From: Bryobacter sp.
GTDB taxonomy: Bacteria; Acidobacteriota; Terriglobia; Bryobacterales; Bryobacteraceae
Assembly: GCA_044376335.1 (NCBI GenBank)
Contig: JBIPMY010000001.1
Location: 1 to 59,072, forward strand
Reading direction: 5' to 3'
DNA: 59,072 bases
The position numbers and the translations under genes are program-made. Of this stretch, positions 8,277 through 18,045 are shown in pieces; the first letter of the stretch is position 1; every line of letters begins with the position of its first letter. The notes beneath the pieces were generated by a model, which was given only the letters and a program-made list of their open reading frames with translations, was not told the DNA's origin and ran no database searches.

Positions 8277-9566
8277 ATGCGATTCTTGAGCATTCTTTTA
8301 CTGGGCGCAGCACTATTTGCCAGCGACAAAGACAGCTTTTTCCTCAAGGGCGTAACGGTCTTTCCGGTTTCGAGCCCTAAAGTCGACAACACCACACTGC
8401 TGGTTGTAGACGGCAAGATCGCTGACATCGGTGCCAAGTCTGCCCCTAAAGGTGTCCGCGTGATCGATGGCAAAGGCCTGCAGGTTTACCCCGGCATCAT
8501 CAACTCGGCCACCAACATCGGCCTATCGGAGATCTCGTCAATCCGCGAGACCAACGACACCGGTGAGCTGGGCGACTTCAACCCGCAACTCCGCGCCATC
8601 GTCGCCATCAACCCCGAGACCGAACACATTCCCGTCGTAAGAGCCAACGGCATCTCTACAGTGCTGACACTGCCCGGCGGAGGTGGCTTTGGTGGCGGCG
8701 GCACGGGCGTCATCCTGGGCCAGGCTGCGCTCATCCACCTCGACGGCTACACGTATGAGGAGATGGAAATCAATCGCACGGCTGCCTACCAGATGCGCTT
8801 CCCCACGATGCAATCCCGCAGCTTTGACTTTGACACCTTCCAGTTCAGCCGCGGCTCTTTCGCTGAATCCAAGCGCCGCTTCGAGACCCAGATGCAGGAG
8901 ATCAAGCGATTCTTCAGCGAAGCCCGCACCTACATGCAGGCCAAGGCGGCGAAGACACCGGGCCTCAAAACCAACGTACGCTTTGAGGCGATGATTCCGC
9001 TCTTTGAAGGCAAAGCACCCCTCATGGTCACCGCAAGCAAAGAACGCGAAATCCTGGCCGCTATCAAGTTCGCCGAAGAGGAGAAGGTCAAGATAATCCT
9101 CGCCGACGTACGCGAGCCCGGCAAGGCCACCGAAGAGATCGCAAAGAAGAAGATCCCCTGTATTCTCGGGCCTGTCACGCAGTTGCCGCCGGAAGCGGAT
9201 ATGTCTTACGACTTCAACTACGCGCTCCCGGCCAAGCTGCATAAGGCAGGCGTGAAGTTCGCCTTCGGCAGCTTCCAGAATCAGTTCGCCCGTAATATCG
9301 CTTTTGAGGCGGCCAGCGCTTCATCCTATGGCTTGCCCTACGATGAAGCACTGAAGGCGATCACCCTCAGTGCTGCAGAGATCTGGGGCATCGGCGACAA
9401 GTACGGCTCGATTGAGAAGGGCAAATACGCCGATCTGTTGATCACTAATGGAGACCCGCTTGAAGTCAAAACCGACATCAAGATGCTCTTCATCCAGGGC
9501 CGTCAGCAGAGCCTCGAATCCAAGCACACCCGGCTCTACGACAAGTACCGTCAACGCCCTAACTAG
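8277..9566 (+). CDS. Secreted amidohydrolase-superfamily protein, HxH ligands absent
   Basis: Signal peptide; VYPGIINSATN (no HxH); GSIEKGKYADL..GDPL. Confidence 0.85.
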   Translation: MRFLSILLLGAALFASDKDSFFLKGVTVFPVSSPKVDNTTLLVVDGKIADIGAKSAPKGVRVIDGKGLQVYPGIINSATNIGLSEISSIRETNDTGELGDFNPQLRAIVAINPETEHIPVVRANGISTVLTLPGGGGFGGGGTGVILGQAALIHLDGYTYEEMEINRTAAYQMRFPTMQSRSFDFDTFQFSRGSFAESKRRFETQMQEIKRFFSEARTYMQAKAAKTPGLKTNVRFEAMIPLFEGKAPLMVTASKEREILAAIKFAEEEKVKIILADVREPGKATEEIAKKKIPCILGPVTQLPPEADMSYDFNYALPAKLHKAGVKFAFGSFQNQFARNIAFEAASASSYGLPYDEALKAITLSAAEIWGIGDKYGSIEKGKYADLLITNGDPLEVKTDIKMLFIQGRQQSLESKHTRLYDKYRQRPN

Positions 9567-11350
9567 GCGACACCAGCCAGGCGAGCAATCGCCATTGCAT
9601 TCGATTCCGTGGTGACCCCGGGCTTCAAGGTGTAGTCGAAGTCCAGCGGGTCACCATTTCCTTTTGAGCACATGTGCACATTGACGCCGTGCAGTTCGGC
9701 TGTTGCGATCTCGGTCAACGCCAGATCATGAGTGGAGAGAGCTCCTATTGCACCGTGTTGCAGCAGAGTCTTCACTACTGCTTCAGTCGCAACTCGGCGA
9801 TCTCGCGAATTGGTGCCGCTCATGATTTCGTCTACGAGAAACAACACCGCATCGCCCGCCCGAGCACGCTCAATCATGATGCGCAAGCGATCCATCTCGC
9901 TCATGAATTTCGACTTGCCGTTGAGCAGTGAATCCGCAATGCTGAGCGACGCACACACCGATAGCGCCGACACCTGCAGCGAAGCGGCCCGAACAGGGGC
10001 GCCGGCGAAGGCCAGCACTGAGTTGATTCCAATCGCTCGCAGCAGCGTGCTCTTGCCCGACATGTTCGAGCCGCTGATGATGTAGAGCCGCGTCGAGGCA
10101 TCAAAGGTGATGTCGTTGCGCACACAAGATTCCAGCGGCAGGAGTGGATGCCCAATCGCAGTTGCACGCAGGGCAATCTCACCGGCTATCAGTTCTGGCA
10201 TCACATTGTCCGAGTTCTCAAAGGCATAGGTGGCCAGCGATTGCAGGGCTTCAAACTCGCCCCAGGCGGCAAGCCAATCGGGAAGCGCAGCCTGATTTCG
10301 CGCCCTCCAGGTCTCGATCGCAATCATCAATTGCGTGCCAAGCACCAGCACCAGCGAAGGCACGTAAAACCAGTCTTTGTTACGTTCGCTCATCGCGGCC
10401 AGCAACTGCTCGAGCCGCCTCACCGCTGCGCCGCTACCTTTCACCCGGGCCACCAGCCCCTGCAGCTTTGCGCTTTGAAAGCTCTGCTTCTCAAGCAACT
10501 CCAATCCATCCCGCAACACTTCGGCCTCAATTGATACAGACCCCAGCCAGCTTTGCATCTGGCTGATCCGATCTCGAAACTGTAAGCCCACCATGGCCTG
10601 TATTCCCAGCACCGGCACTGCGAAGCGGGCCACAGCCTCCCAACTCAGCAACTTCAACCCTCCCGCCGCCACCAGCAGTACCAGGATCGAAACCGTCGCC
10701 ATCATGCCCACCCGCAACATGGGATGAAACTCGATCGGCGGCAGCTCCAGCCACTCAATGAAGGTCTCCCAGCGGGATTCAAAGGATTCGAAGCGCCCCA
10801 TTGCCACTACGCTCTCGCGCAGCTCATACATTTCGCGCAACTCAAGTACAGCCTCCTGTCGCAAGCGGCTTTCCTCCAGGCTTACCGGCTCTTTCAGGTA
10901 CTTCGCCAGGCCAAGCTCACCTATCGTTGTGCGGGCAGAACAAACCAGTTGAAAGAGCGAGCCTTCTCCGAACAGGTTCAGATCTCCAGCGTAAGGGTGC
11001 TCAGTCTCCTCAAAGCGGTCACCGGCAGCGCCCACACCAACCCAGTCCCCATCCAGCCTTTGCATCGCACGCTCATACCAGCGGAACACGCGAGCGAGGC
11101 GCCCTACTTCATCCCGGCTAGCGTTAAAGCGCCTGACGGCAAAGGCAAGCAGAGGTAGCGGCGCTGTTGCCAGCCACCAGTTCAAGGCTCCCTGAATCGC
11201 AAAGTAAATGCTGGCAATTGCGGCCACACCAAGACCCACCATCAGCAAACCAGAAGAAGCCGCAGCATTCTCAGCCTCAGCCTTTCTAGTCTCCAGCGCC
11301 TTCACCCGCCCTGCATATCGTTCCCGAACCTGTTCAGCATTCATGTCCAC
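9563..11350 (-). CDS. Membrane-anchored MutS-related ATPase (MutS domain V)
   Basis: Hydrophobic N-terminal segments; GHPLL, SGSNMSGKSTLLR, S.F.SE, LVDE..SGTN, STHD. Confidence 0.88.
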   Translation of the reverse strand: MDMNAEQVRERYAGRVKALETRKAEAENAAASSGLLMVGLGVAAIASIYFAIQGALNWWLATAPLPLLAFAVRRFNASRDEVGRLARVFRWYERAMQRLDGDWVGVGAAGDRFEETEHPYAGDLNLFGEGSLFQLVCSARTTIGELGLAKYLKEPVSLEESRLRQEAVLELREMYELRESVVAMGRFESFESRWETFIEWLELPPIEFHPMLRVGMMATVSILVLLVAAGGLKLLSWEAVARFAVPVLGIQAMVGLQFRDRISQMQSWLGSVSIEAEVLRDGLELLEKQSFQSAKLQGLVARVKGSGAAVRRLEQLLAAMSERNKDWFYVPSLVLVLGTQLMIAIETWRARNQAALPDWLAAWGEFEALQSLATYAFENSDNVMPELIAGEIALRATAIGHPLLPLESCVRNDITFDASTRLYIISGSNMSGKSTLLRAIGINSVLAFAGAPVRAASLQVSALSVCASLSIADSLLNGKSKFMSEMDRLRIMIERARAGDAVLFLVDEIMSGTNSRDRRVATEAVVKTLLQHGAIGALSTHDLALTEIATAELHGVNVHMCSKGNGDPLDFDYTLKPGVTTESNAMAIARLAGVA

Positions 11351-11387
11351 CTAAGTATGAACCAGCGCACTGGGATAGCATGGCAAC

Positions 11388-12632
11388 ATGTCACGGATCG
11401 CGCGCGTAGAGCCCCACTTGCTCACCTTCCCTTTCCCGGAACCTTTGAAGCTCAACTACCACGGCGGCGAGCGCATTATCTACAAGCGCGACGCGATGCT
11501 CATCCGCGTTGTTAGCGATAAAGGCCGCATTGGCTATGCTCCCGGCCAGGGCAGTGAAGCCGCTCAAGCCATGATCGAGAAGATCATTGGCCCCTGGCTG
11601 ATTGGTAAGTCCCTCGCCGACCCGGACGCCCTTCGTGTGCAGTTTCTACTGGGGCCCGGCCAGGATGCTCAGGTGGCCAAAATCTACTTCACGGTTGAGG
11701 TAGCACTCTATGACCTCGCCGCTCGAGCCAAGGGCCTGCCTGTATCGGAGCTCCTCGGAGGCCGGGTGCGCGACAGGATCCGCCTCTATGGCTCGGCTGG
11801 CATGTACATGTCGCCGCAAGGTTATGCAGATGAAGCTGCTGAGGTGGCCAGACTCGGCTTCAAGGCTTACAAGATGCGCCCTGGCATGGGGCCTGAAGCT
11901 GATCTTGAGGCGGTGCGACTGATTCGCGAGCGGCTCGGCCCAGGTGTCGACATCATGGTGGATGCCCACACCTGGTGGCGCATGGGGGATCGTAGCTACA
12001 CTCCTGAAACGGTGGAGCGTCTGGCTCGTGAGATGGCCGACCATGACCTTTGCTGGCTGGAAGAGCCCTTCACCCCTCACCGGCACGAGCTTTATCGGGC
12101 ACTGCATGAAGAGGACATTCTGCCACTGGCCGCAGGCGAGCACGAACATACAGAGGACGGCTTTCTCGACCTGATGCATGGCCCTTGTGTCGACTTCATC
12201 CAGGCCGACATCGTTTGCCAGGGTGGCTACGCGATGGGCCGCCGGCTCTTTACTGAAATCGAAAAGAACGACCTGCGCTTTGCCTTCCATAGTTGGGGGA
12301 CTTTGCTCGAAATCATCGCCGCCGCCCAGATCGGAATCTGCTGGCCTGAACACGTTGTCGAATGGTTGGAATATCCGCTCTATCGCAAGCCCGGGCAGAA
12401 GATCATGTACGAATTCCCGCTGGCAGAAGAGATTCTCAAAGAGCCGCTCAACATCGTGGATGGCGACCTGATCGTACCCCGCACGCCCGGTCTTGGCGTC
12501 GAAGTGAATGAGGCTGTCATCGAGAAATACCCCTGGAAACCGGGCCCCTGGAGCACCTTTACGCTGATCGAGCCACCCGGCACCTGGGCCGTTTACAACG
12601 ATCACAGCGTACAGTGGGTAGTAGATCAGTAA
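11388..12632 (+). CDS. Mandelate racemase/muconate lactonizing enzyme family (enolase superfamily)
   Basis: ALYDL.A...GLPV..LLGG, KxR, MVDA, WLEEP, AAGE, PGLGVE. Confidence 0.9.
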   Translation: MSRIARVEPHLLTFPFPEPLKLNYHGGERIIYKRDAMLIRVVSDKGRIGYAPGQGSEAAQAMIEKIIGPWLIGKSLADPDALRVQFLLGPGQDAQVAKIYFTVEVALYDLAARAKGLPVSELLGGRVRDRIRLYGSAGMYMSPQGYADEAAEVARLGFKAYKMRPGMGPEADLEAVRLIRERLGPGVDIMVDAHTWWRMGDRSYTPETVERLAREMADHDLCWLEEPFTPHRHELYRALHEEDILPLAAGEHEHTEDGFLDLMHGPCVDFIQADIVCQGGYAMGRRLFTEIEKNDLRFAFHSWGTLLEIIAAAQIGICWPEHVVEWLEYPLYRKPGQKIMYEFPLAEEILKEPLNIVDGDLIVPRTPGLGVEVNEAVIEKYPWKPGPWSTFTLIEPPGTWAVYNDHSVQWVVDQ

Positions 12633-12640
12633 ATCGCAGT

Positions 12641-13378
12641 ATGGTTGAGCTTCTCAGCAATCCGCTTACCCCCATTTCCATTGCCGCTGCCGGCATGGCC
12701 TGTGCTGTGCGCGCTCCCTGGTGCGACTGGCTCGCCCCCAGCATCTACAAGGGCGACACGCGACGCAAGACTCTCGCTCTCACCTTCGATGACGGGCCCA
12801 GCGAATCGACGATCGAACTGCTCGACCTGCTGGATCGTTACGGCGTCCGCGCCACCTTCTTTATGTGCGGCGCCAACGTGCGGCGTTTGCCGGATGTCGC
12901 TCAGGAAGTCTTCTGCCGGGGACACGAAATCGGCAATCATACCTATAGCCACAAACCGCTTTATCTGCGCAGTGCAGACTACATTGAGCGGGAAATCGCA
13001 GCGGCTCAACAGACCTTTGAAGATGTTCTGTACTTTCGCCCCAAATACTTCCGTGCCCCTTTCGGCTGCCGCTGGTTTGGCCTTGGGGCAGCGCAGGCGC
13101 GGCACGACTTGATGGGCGTGATGTGGACCGTCATTGGCCTCGACTGGAAGTACCTTGCCGACCAGGTAGCCCGCCGTATTGCAGACCGCGCTCGCCCCGG
13201 TGGCATTATCTGTTTGCATGATGGACGTGGCCTTCAAATTAACCCCGATATCCAGAACACTCTCGATGCTCTGACCTGGGCTTTGCCTTATCTTCAGAAA
13301 GAAGGCTATAAATTTGAGACCATCAGTGAGTTGCTATGCACGACCAATCAACCGTCCGAGACGCTGATCGAGGATTAG
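12641..13378 (+). CDS. Polysaccharide deacetylase (CE4/NodB)
   Basis: LTFDDGP, ATFF, GHEIGNHTYSH, FRAPFG, DW, ICLHDG. ATG 12641 preferred over GTG 12614. Confidence 0.92.
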   Translation: MVELLSNPLTPISIAAAGMACAVRAPWCDWLAPSIYKGDTRRKTLALTFDDGPSESTIELLDLLDRYGVRATFFMCGANVRRLPDVAQEVFCRGHEIGNHTYSHKPLYLRSADYIEREIAAAQQTFEDVLYFRPKYFRAPFGCRWFGLGAAQARHDLMGVMWTVIGLDWKYLADQVARRIADRARPGGIICLHDGRGLQINPDIQNTLDALTWALPYLQKEGYKFETISELLCTTNQPSETLIED

Positions 13379-13611
13379 ACCTCACCGATCGCGTAATCAA
13401 AGTAATCGCCGATACCCAAAAGATGAGCCCCGACCTGATCGGGCGCGAAGCTACGTTTGAGGAGCTCAAGTTTGATTCCCTCGACGGCATCAACATCCTC
13501 TTCGCTCTTGAAAACGAATTCGACATCAATATCCCCGACGAGGCTGCCCGTGAGATCAAGAGCATTCCGGAGATGGTGCAAGGAATCGATAAACTGCTAA
13601 AGCGCCCGTAA
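13336..13611 (+). CDS. Acyl carrier protein
   Basis: FDSLD phosphopantetheine site, ALENEFDINIPDE. Confidence 0.88.
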   Translation: MHDQSTVRDADRGLDLTDRVIKVIADTQKMSPDLIGREATFEELKFDSLDGINILFALENEFDINIPDEAAREIKSIPEMVQGIDKLLKRP

Positions 13612-14682
13612 ATACTGATTGGGAATGCGTGGCTCGACACCAAGGGCCCGCGCGGCGTGAACCGGCCAATAAGGGTTGCGCAAAAATTCGCGGGCCAGCA
13701 GAACCAGATCGGCTTGTCCGCTGGAGAGGATCGCCTCGGCCTGATGGGCCTCTGTGATCATGCCGACGGCCGCCGTGGCAATGCCGCCGCGATTGCGTAC
13801 AGCCTCGGCAAAGGGCACCTGATAGCCTGGGCCCACTTGCATCTTTGCGTAAGCTACCGCGCCGCCTGAGGAGCAGTCGATCAAGTCGATGCCAAGTGGG
13901 CCTACCATCTTCGCCAACTCGACTGAATCGTCTATTGTCCAGCCACCTTCTACCCAATCGGAGGCAGATATGCGCAGAAACACGGGCTGGTCTTCAGGCC
14001 ATTCGTTACGGACGGTCGCAATCACTTCGCGCAGGAATCGCGTCCGGTTTTCAAAGGTACCGCCATATTCGTCGGTGCGCTGATTCACCAGCGGGGAGAG
14101 GAATTCGTTCATCAGATACCCGTGCGCGCCGTGAATCTCAATCACCTGAAATCCTGCGGCTAGCGCGCGCCGGGCGGCAGCGGCGAAGCTCTGTACGAGC
14201 CCGTGAATTTCTGCGACGGTCAACTCGCGCGGCGTATGCCAACCGTCATCAAAGGCAATTGCGCTGGGGGCAACGGTCTGCCAAGGGTCGACGCTGAGAG
14301 GGCCGCCGCCCTCCCAGGGCAACTGCGCACTTGCTTTGCGGCCAGCATGGCCGATTTGTATCCCGGCTACACAGCCTTGTGACTTCACAAATGCGGCAAT
14401 TTGCGCCATGCCTTCGATTTGCGCGTCGGCCCAGAGGCCGGTGCAGCCGTGGGTGATACGGCCATCAGCGCTAACTGCTGTGGCCTCTACGATCACAAGC
14501 CCAGGGCCACCAGCGGCACGAGCGCCCAGATGCTGCAAATGCCAGTCGTTGACAAAACCATCGATTGCGGAATATTGGCACATCGGTGAAACACCAATGC
14601 GATTGCGAAACTCCACTCCACGCAATTTCAGAGGAGTGAAGAGTTTAGGGGTAACTGGGCTATTCAAAGGTAATCTTTTCAA
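13597..14682 (-). CDS. NADH:flavin oxidoreductase, YqjM/NamA-like Old Yellow Enzyme
   Basis: SPMCQYSA, HAGRKAS, EIHGAHGYL..FLSP, RTDEYGG, QYLRA. True start may lie slightly downstream. Confidence 0.93.
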   Translation of the reverse strand: MKRLPLNSPVTPKLFTPLKLRGVEFRNRIGVSPMCQYSAIDGFVNDWHLQHLGARAAGGPGLVIVEATAVSADGRITHGCTGLWADAQIEGMAQIAAFVKSQGCVAGIQIGHAGRKASAQLPWEGGGPLSVDPWQTVAPSAIAFDDGWHTPRELTVAEIHGLVQSFAAAARRALAAGFQVIEIHGAHGYLMNEFLSPLVNQRTDEYGGTFENRTRFLREVIATVRNEWPEDQPVFLRISASDWVEGGWTIDDSVELAKMVGPLGIDLIDCSSGGAVAYAKMQVGPGYQVPFAEAVRNRGGIATAAVGMITEAHQAEAILSSGQADLVLLAREFLRNPYWPVHAARALGVEPRIPNQYLRAL

Positions 14683-15472
14683 GATCGGCGGTCGCCTTGG
14701 GGTACTGCATCGCCATGCCTTCCATCGTTTCGAGAAGGATCTCTGAAACGGCCAGGTTGCGATACCACTTGCGGTTTGCCGGAATCACATACCAAGGGGC
14801 GTAGCTTGTGCTGCACTTCTCAAGGGCGGCCTCGAATGCTTCTACGTATTCATCCCAATGCTTGCGCTCTTCGAGGTCTTCTACGTTGAACTTCCAGTTG
14901 CGCTCGGGGTCTGAGATTCGCTCCTCGAAGCGCTTCTTCTGTTCATCTTTGGAGATGTAGAGGAAGAATTTGAGGATCTCTGTCCCACTCTCGTGCAACA
15001 TCTCTTCAAAGTGATTGATCTGTTCGTAGCGCTTCTTCCAAACTTCTTTGGGCACCATGTTGTGAACGCGCACAATCAGCACGTCCTCATAGTGGCTGCG
15101 GTTGAAGATTCCGATTTGCCCCTTGCGCGGCATTGCTTTGTGTACCCGCCACAGGTAGTCGTGTTCTTTCTCCTCACCCGCTGGCGCTTTGAAGCTGGTT
15201 ACGACAACGCCCTGGGGGTTCAACCCGGACATCACTTTGCGAATCGTGCCGTCTTTGCCACCGGCGTCGATCCCCTGAAGAACCGCCAGAACCGATCTTT
15301 GGCCCTCGGCATAAAGCAGATACTGCAAGACGCTCAAACGGTTGATGTTCTTCTCAAGCCTGGCCTGGCCTTCTTCTTTGCTTGCGCAGCCCGGCGTTGC
15401 TTCCGGATCTATGTCAGCAAGCTTCAGCTTTGTCCCCGGCTTCACCAACAGCGTTGAACTGATTTCACCCAT
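14660..15472 (-). CDS. ppk2: Polyphosphate kinase 2, class III-like
   Basis: QGIDAGGKDG Walker A, FNRSHYEDVL, WKF...DL.ER..W, APWYVIPA..KW.RN. Confidence 0.92.
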   Translation of the reverse strand: MGEISSTLLVKPGTKLKLADIDPEATPGCASKEEGQARLEKNINRLSVLQYLLYAEGQRSVLAVLQGIDAGGKDGTIRKVMSGLNPQGVVVTSFKAPAGEEKEHDYLWRVHKAMPRKGQIGIFNRSHYEDVLIVRVHNMVPKEVWKKRYEQINHFEEMLHESGTEILKFFLYISKDEQKKRFEERISDPERNWKFNVEDLEERKHWDEYVEAFEAALEKCSTSYAPWYVIPANRKWYRNLAVSEILLETMEGMAMQYPKATADLEKITFE

Positions 15473-17224
15473 CTAGTTCATCTCCTCTTTGCCTGCATAC
15501 ATTTCATTGATCTCCGCGGCAAAGTGTTCAAACACGATGCTCTTGCGGATCTTCATTGTAGGGGTCACTTCGCCATGATCGATCGAAAGTTCACGGGGCA
15601 GAATCTTGAATTTGCGAATCTGCTCGTGTGGTTCCACCTTACGGTTTACTTCTTTCACCAGCCGCTGAATCACTTCTTCTGCCGGCTCTGCTGCGGCTTC
15701 AGCCACGGCTGGATTCAGACTGAACAAAGCCGTCACAAAGGACCGCTTGTCGCCGACCAAGACTACCTGGCTGATCAAAGACTCGCCTTTGAACATGCCT
15801 TCAATGCGGTTTGGATAAATCTTCTTGCCATTGGATGCAACCAGAACTTCTTTCTTGCGACCGGTGATGTACCAGTAGCCCTCTGCATCCACGCTACCAA
15901 TATCGCCGGTCAATAACCAGCCGTCGGCGAAGACCTTGGCTGTGGCTTCAGGGTCGTTGTAATAACCACTGAACAAGGTTGGGCCGTTGAGGGCAATTTC
16001 GCCATCCGGCATCAGCTTGCATTCCACTGTCGGCAGCAATTTTCCGATTGAGCCAACAATGGGTTTCTTCACCGGGTTTAGGTGCGTTACACCGCCTTCG
16101 GTCAAGCCGAAGCCTTCGATGAGATTGACGCCAATTGCACCAAAGAAATTCGCGAGATCTTTGCCCAAGGGTGCAGAGCCCGATACCGCCAGTTTGATCT
16201 TGCCGCCGAGCTTCTCGCGCACTTTGCTGAAGATCACCTTGTCTACCAGGCCGAGGGGCGCACTCACCCAAAAGGGCACTGCCTTGTCGGCGCGCTTATA
16301 GTCGGCTGCCTTGAGCGCCAGGCCCAGCCCGCCGTGGAAGAGTTTTTGTACGAGGGGCGGCTTCTTCTTCATCTCGGTCACAACGTTGGTGTAGATGCGC
16401 TCCCAGAGCCTAGGCGGGGCCAGCAGGAAGGTGGGCTGCACACTTTGGATCTCTTTCGGCATCTTGGACAAGCTTTCACTGAAATAGATCACCATGCCAA
16501 AGGCCAAGGGCATCAACTGCAAGACAAGACGCTGGGTAATGTGGGCGCTGGGCAGGAAGGCGATTGTAATGTCGGTTGGGCCCAGAGGCAGAACGGCTGG
16601 TGCGGCAGCAACGTTGGAGACAATCGCGCGGTGGGTGACCATGCCCATCTTTGGCTCGCCTGTCGAGCCTGAGGTGAGATAGATAATTGCGCAATCTTCT
16701 GGCTTTGTTTCGACGTAAATGCGTGAAAACAATTGCGGGTCGTCCTGCATCGCCTTGCGGCCCAATTCGCGTAGGTCATCGAGGGTCATGACACCCTCGG
16801 CCTTGCCGGTCATGAGGATCCAGCGGATGTCCATCGGCTCTGCCCCGGACAGGCTTGCTGCGAGTGTGGCAAGCATTTTGGGGTTTTCGACAAAGGCCAG
16901 TTTCGCTTTGCAGGCGTTCAGTTTCGCAATTGCTTCGCCTTGCGGGTAGACGGTGTACATGGCCGCTGCGGTGGAGCCGTTCGAGATAATGCCCATGTCT
17001 ACGAAGTAGAATTCTGCACGCGTCTCGCTCTGGATTGCTACTACGTCGCCACGCTGGATGCCCAGGGAGCGCAATCCGCAGGTAATTTCCTGCACAATCT
17101 GCTTGTATTGGTTCCACGAATAGGTGGCATTTTTGCCGCCTCCCATGGGCTGTATCAGTGCAGTGCTGTCGCCATACTTTGCCGCTGCTTCTTCCAGTGC
17201 TGTAAATACGGTACGCGTACTCAT
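15473..17224 (-). CDS. Long-chain fatty acid--CoA ligase (AMP-forming)
   Basis: YLTSGSTGEPK, EGFGLTE, TGDIG, GRKKE, TPTMK. Start reassigned to MSTRTVF. Confidence 0.92.
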   Translation of the reverse strand: MSTRTVFTALEEAAAKYGDSTALIQPMGGGKNATYSWNQYKQIVQEITCGLRSLGIQRGDVVAIQSETRAEFYFVDMGIISNGSTAAAMYTVYPQGEAIAKLNACKAKLAFVENPKMLATLAASLSGAEPMDIRWILMTGKAEGVMTLDDLRELGRKAMQDDPQLFSRIYVETKPEDCAIIYLTSGSTGEPKMGMVTHRAIVSNVAAAPAVLPLGPTDITIAFLPSAHITQRLVLQLMPLAFGMVIYFSESLSKMPKEIQSVQPTFLLAPPRLWERIYTNVVTEMKKKPPLVQKLFHGGLGLALKAADYKRADKAVPFWVSAPLGLVDKVIFSKVREKLGGKIKLAVSGSAPLGKDLANFFGAIGVNLIEGFGLTEGGVTHLNPVKKPIVGSIGKLLPTVECKLMPDGEIALNGPTLFSGYYNDPEATAKVFADGWLLTGDIGSVDAEGYWYITGRKKEVLVASNGKKIYPNRIEGMFKGESLISQVVLVGDKRSFVTALFSLNPAVAEAAAEPAEEVIQRLVKEVNRKVEPHEQIRKFKILPRELSIDHGEVTPTMKIRKSIVFEHFAAEINEMYAGKEEMN

Positions 17225-17247
17225 TTCGACGATGTTATCATCCCGTT

Positions 17248-18015
17248 TTGATGAACTACGAAAGTGAACTTTTCTTTGCACAATCCGCCGCCCGTAAGGC
17301 TGGTGAGGCCTGCATCCGTATTTTGAACCAGGGCGTTGTCGCCGAAACCAAATCTGATGACTCGCCTGTAACCCGGGCAGACAAAGAGAGCGAACGGCTG
17401 ATTGTCAGCATCCTCTCGCAGGCGTTTCCGGAAGATGGCTTTCTTGGTGAAGAAGGCGCCAGCCGCGAAGGTACTAGTGGCCGCCGCTGGATTATTGATC
17501 CGATTGACGGCACGCGCGATTTCGTTCGTAATAACCGCCTCTGGGCAATTCTGATCGGCCTCGAAGAGAAGGGCGAACCCGTTGTAGGCATCTGCTATCT
17601 GCCGATGCTGGGCGAGATGTATTATGCCGCGAAGGGCCATGGCGCGTTCTGGGATGGGACGCCTATCAAGGCCAGCACGATCGACAGCCCCAAGCAGGCG
17701 GTGATCTGCGTGAACAAGCTTACTGCTGCGGTGAACCCACCTTTTGGATTGCCGCTGCTTGAATGGCTTTCGACCTTCTGGTGTGTGCGCGTCTTCGGGG
17801 GCATTTACGATGCCATGTTGGTAGCTAGTGGCCGGATGGAGATCTGGATGGAACCTAGTGTCGCCCCGTGGGATCTTTGTGCGCCTACGTGTATTCTGCG
17901 CGAGGCAGGAGCGAAGTTTTTTGCTCTGAATGGCAAGGATTCGATCTATGAGGGTAATGGTGTGGCTTGCGCTCCGGGGATGGAACCGGAAGTGCGCCGC
18001 TATCTCGGCCTTTAG
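17248..18015 (+). CDS. Inositol monophosphatase family (possibly HisN histidinol-phosphatase)
   Basis: SPVTRAD, GEE, WIIDPIDGT.DF, PWD motifs. Confidence 0.85.
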   Translation: MMNYESELFFAQSAARKAGEACIRILNQGVVAETKSDDSPVTRADKESERLIVSILSQAFPEDGFLGEEGASREGTSGRRWIIDPIDGTRDFVRNNRLWAILIGLEEKGEPVVGICYLPMLGEMYYAAKGHGAFWDGTPIKASTIDSPKQAVICVNKLTAAVNPPFGLPLLEWLSTFWCVRVFGGIYDAMLVASGRMEIWMEPSVAPWDLCAPTCILREAGAKFFALNGKDSIYEGNGVACAPGMEPEVRRYLGL

Positions 18016-18045
18016 TTAAGAGCCAAACGAACATAGAATGGGGGC

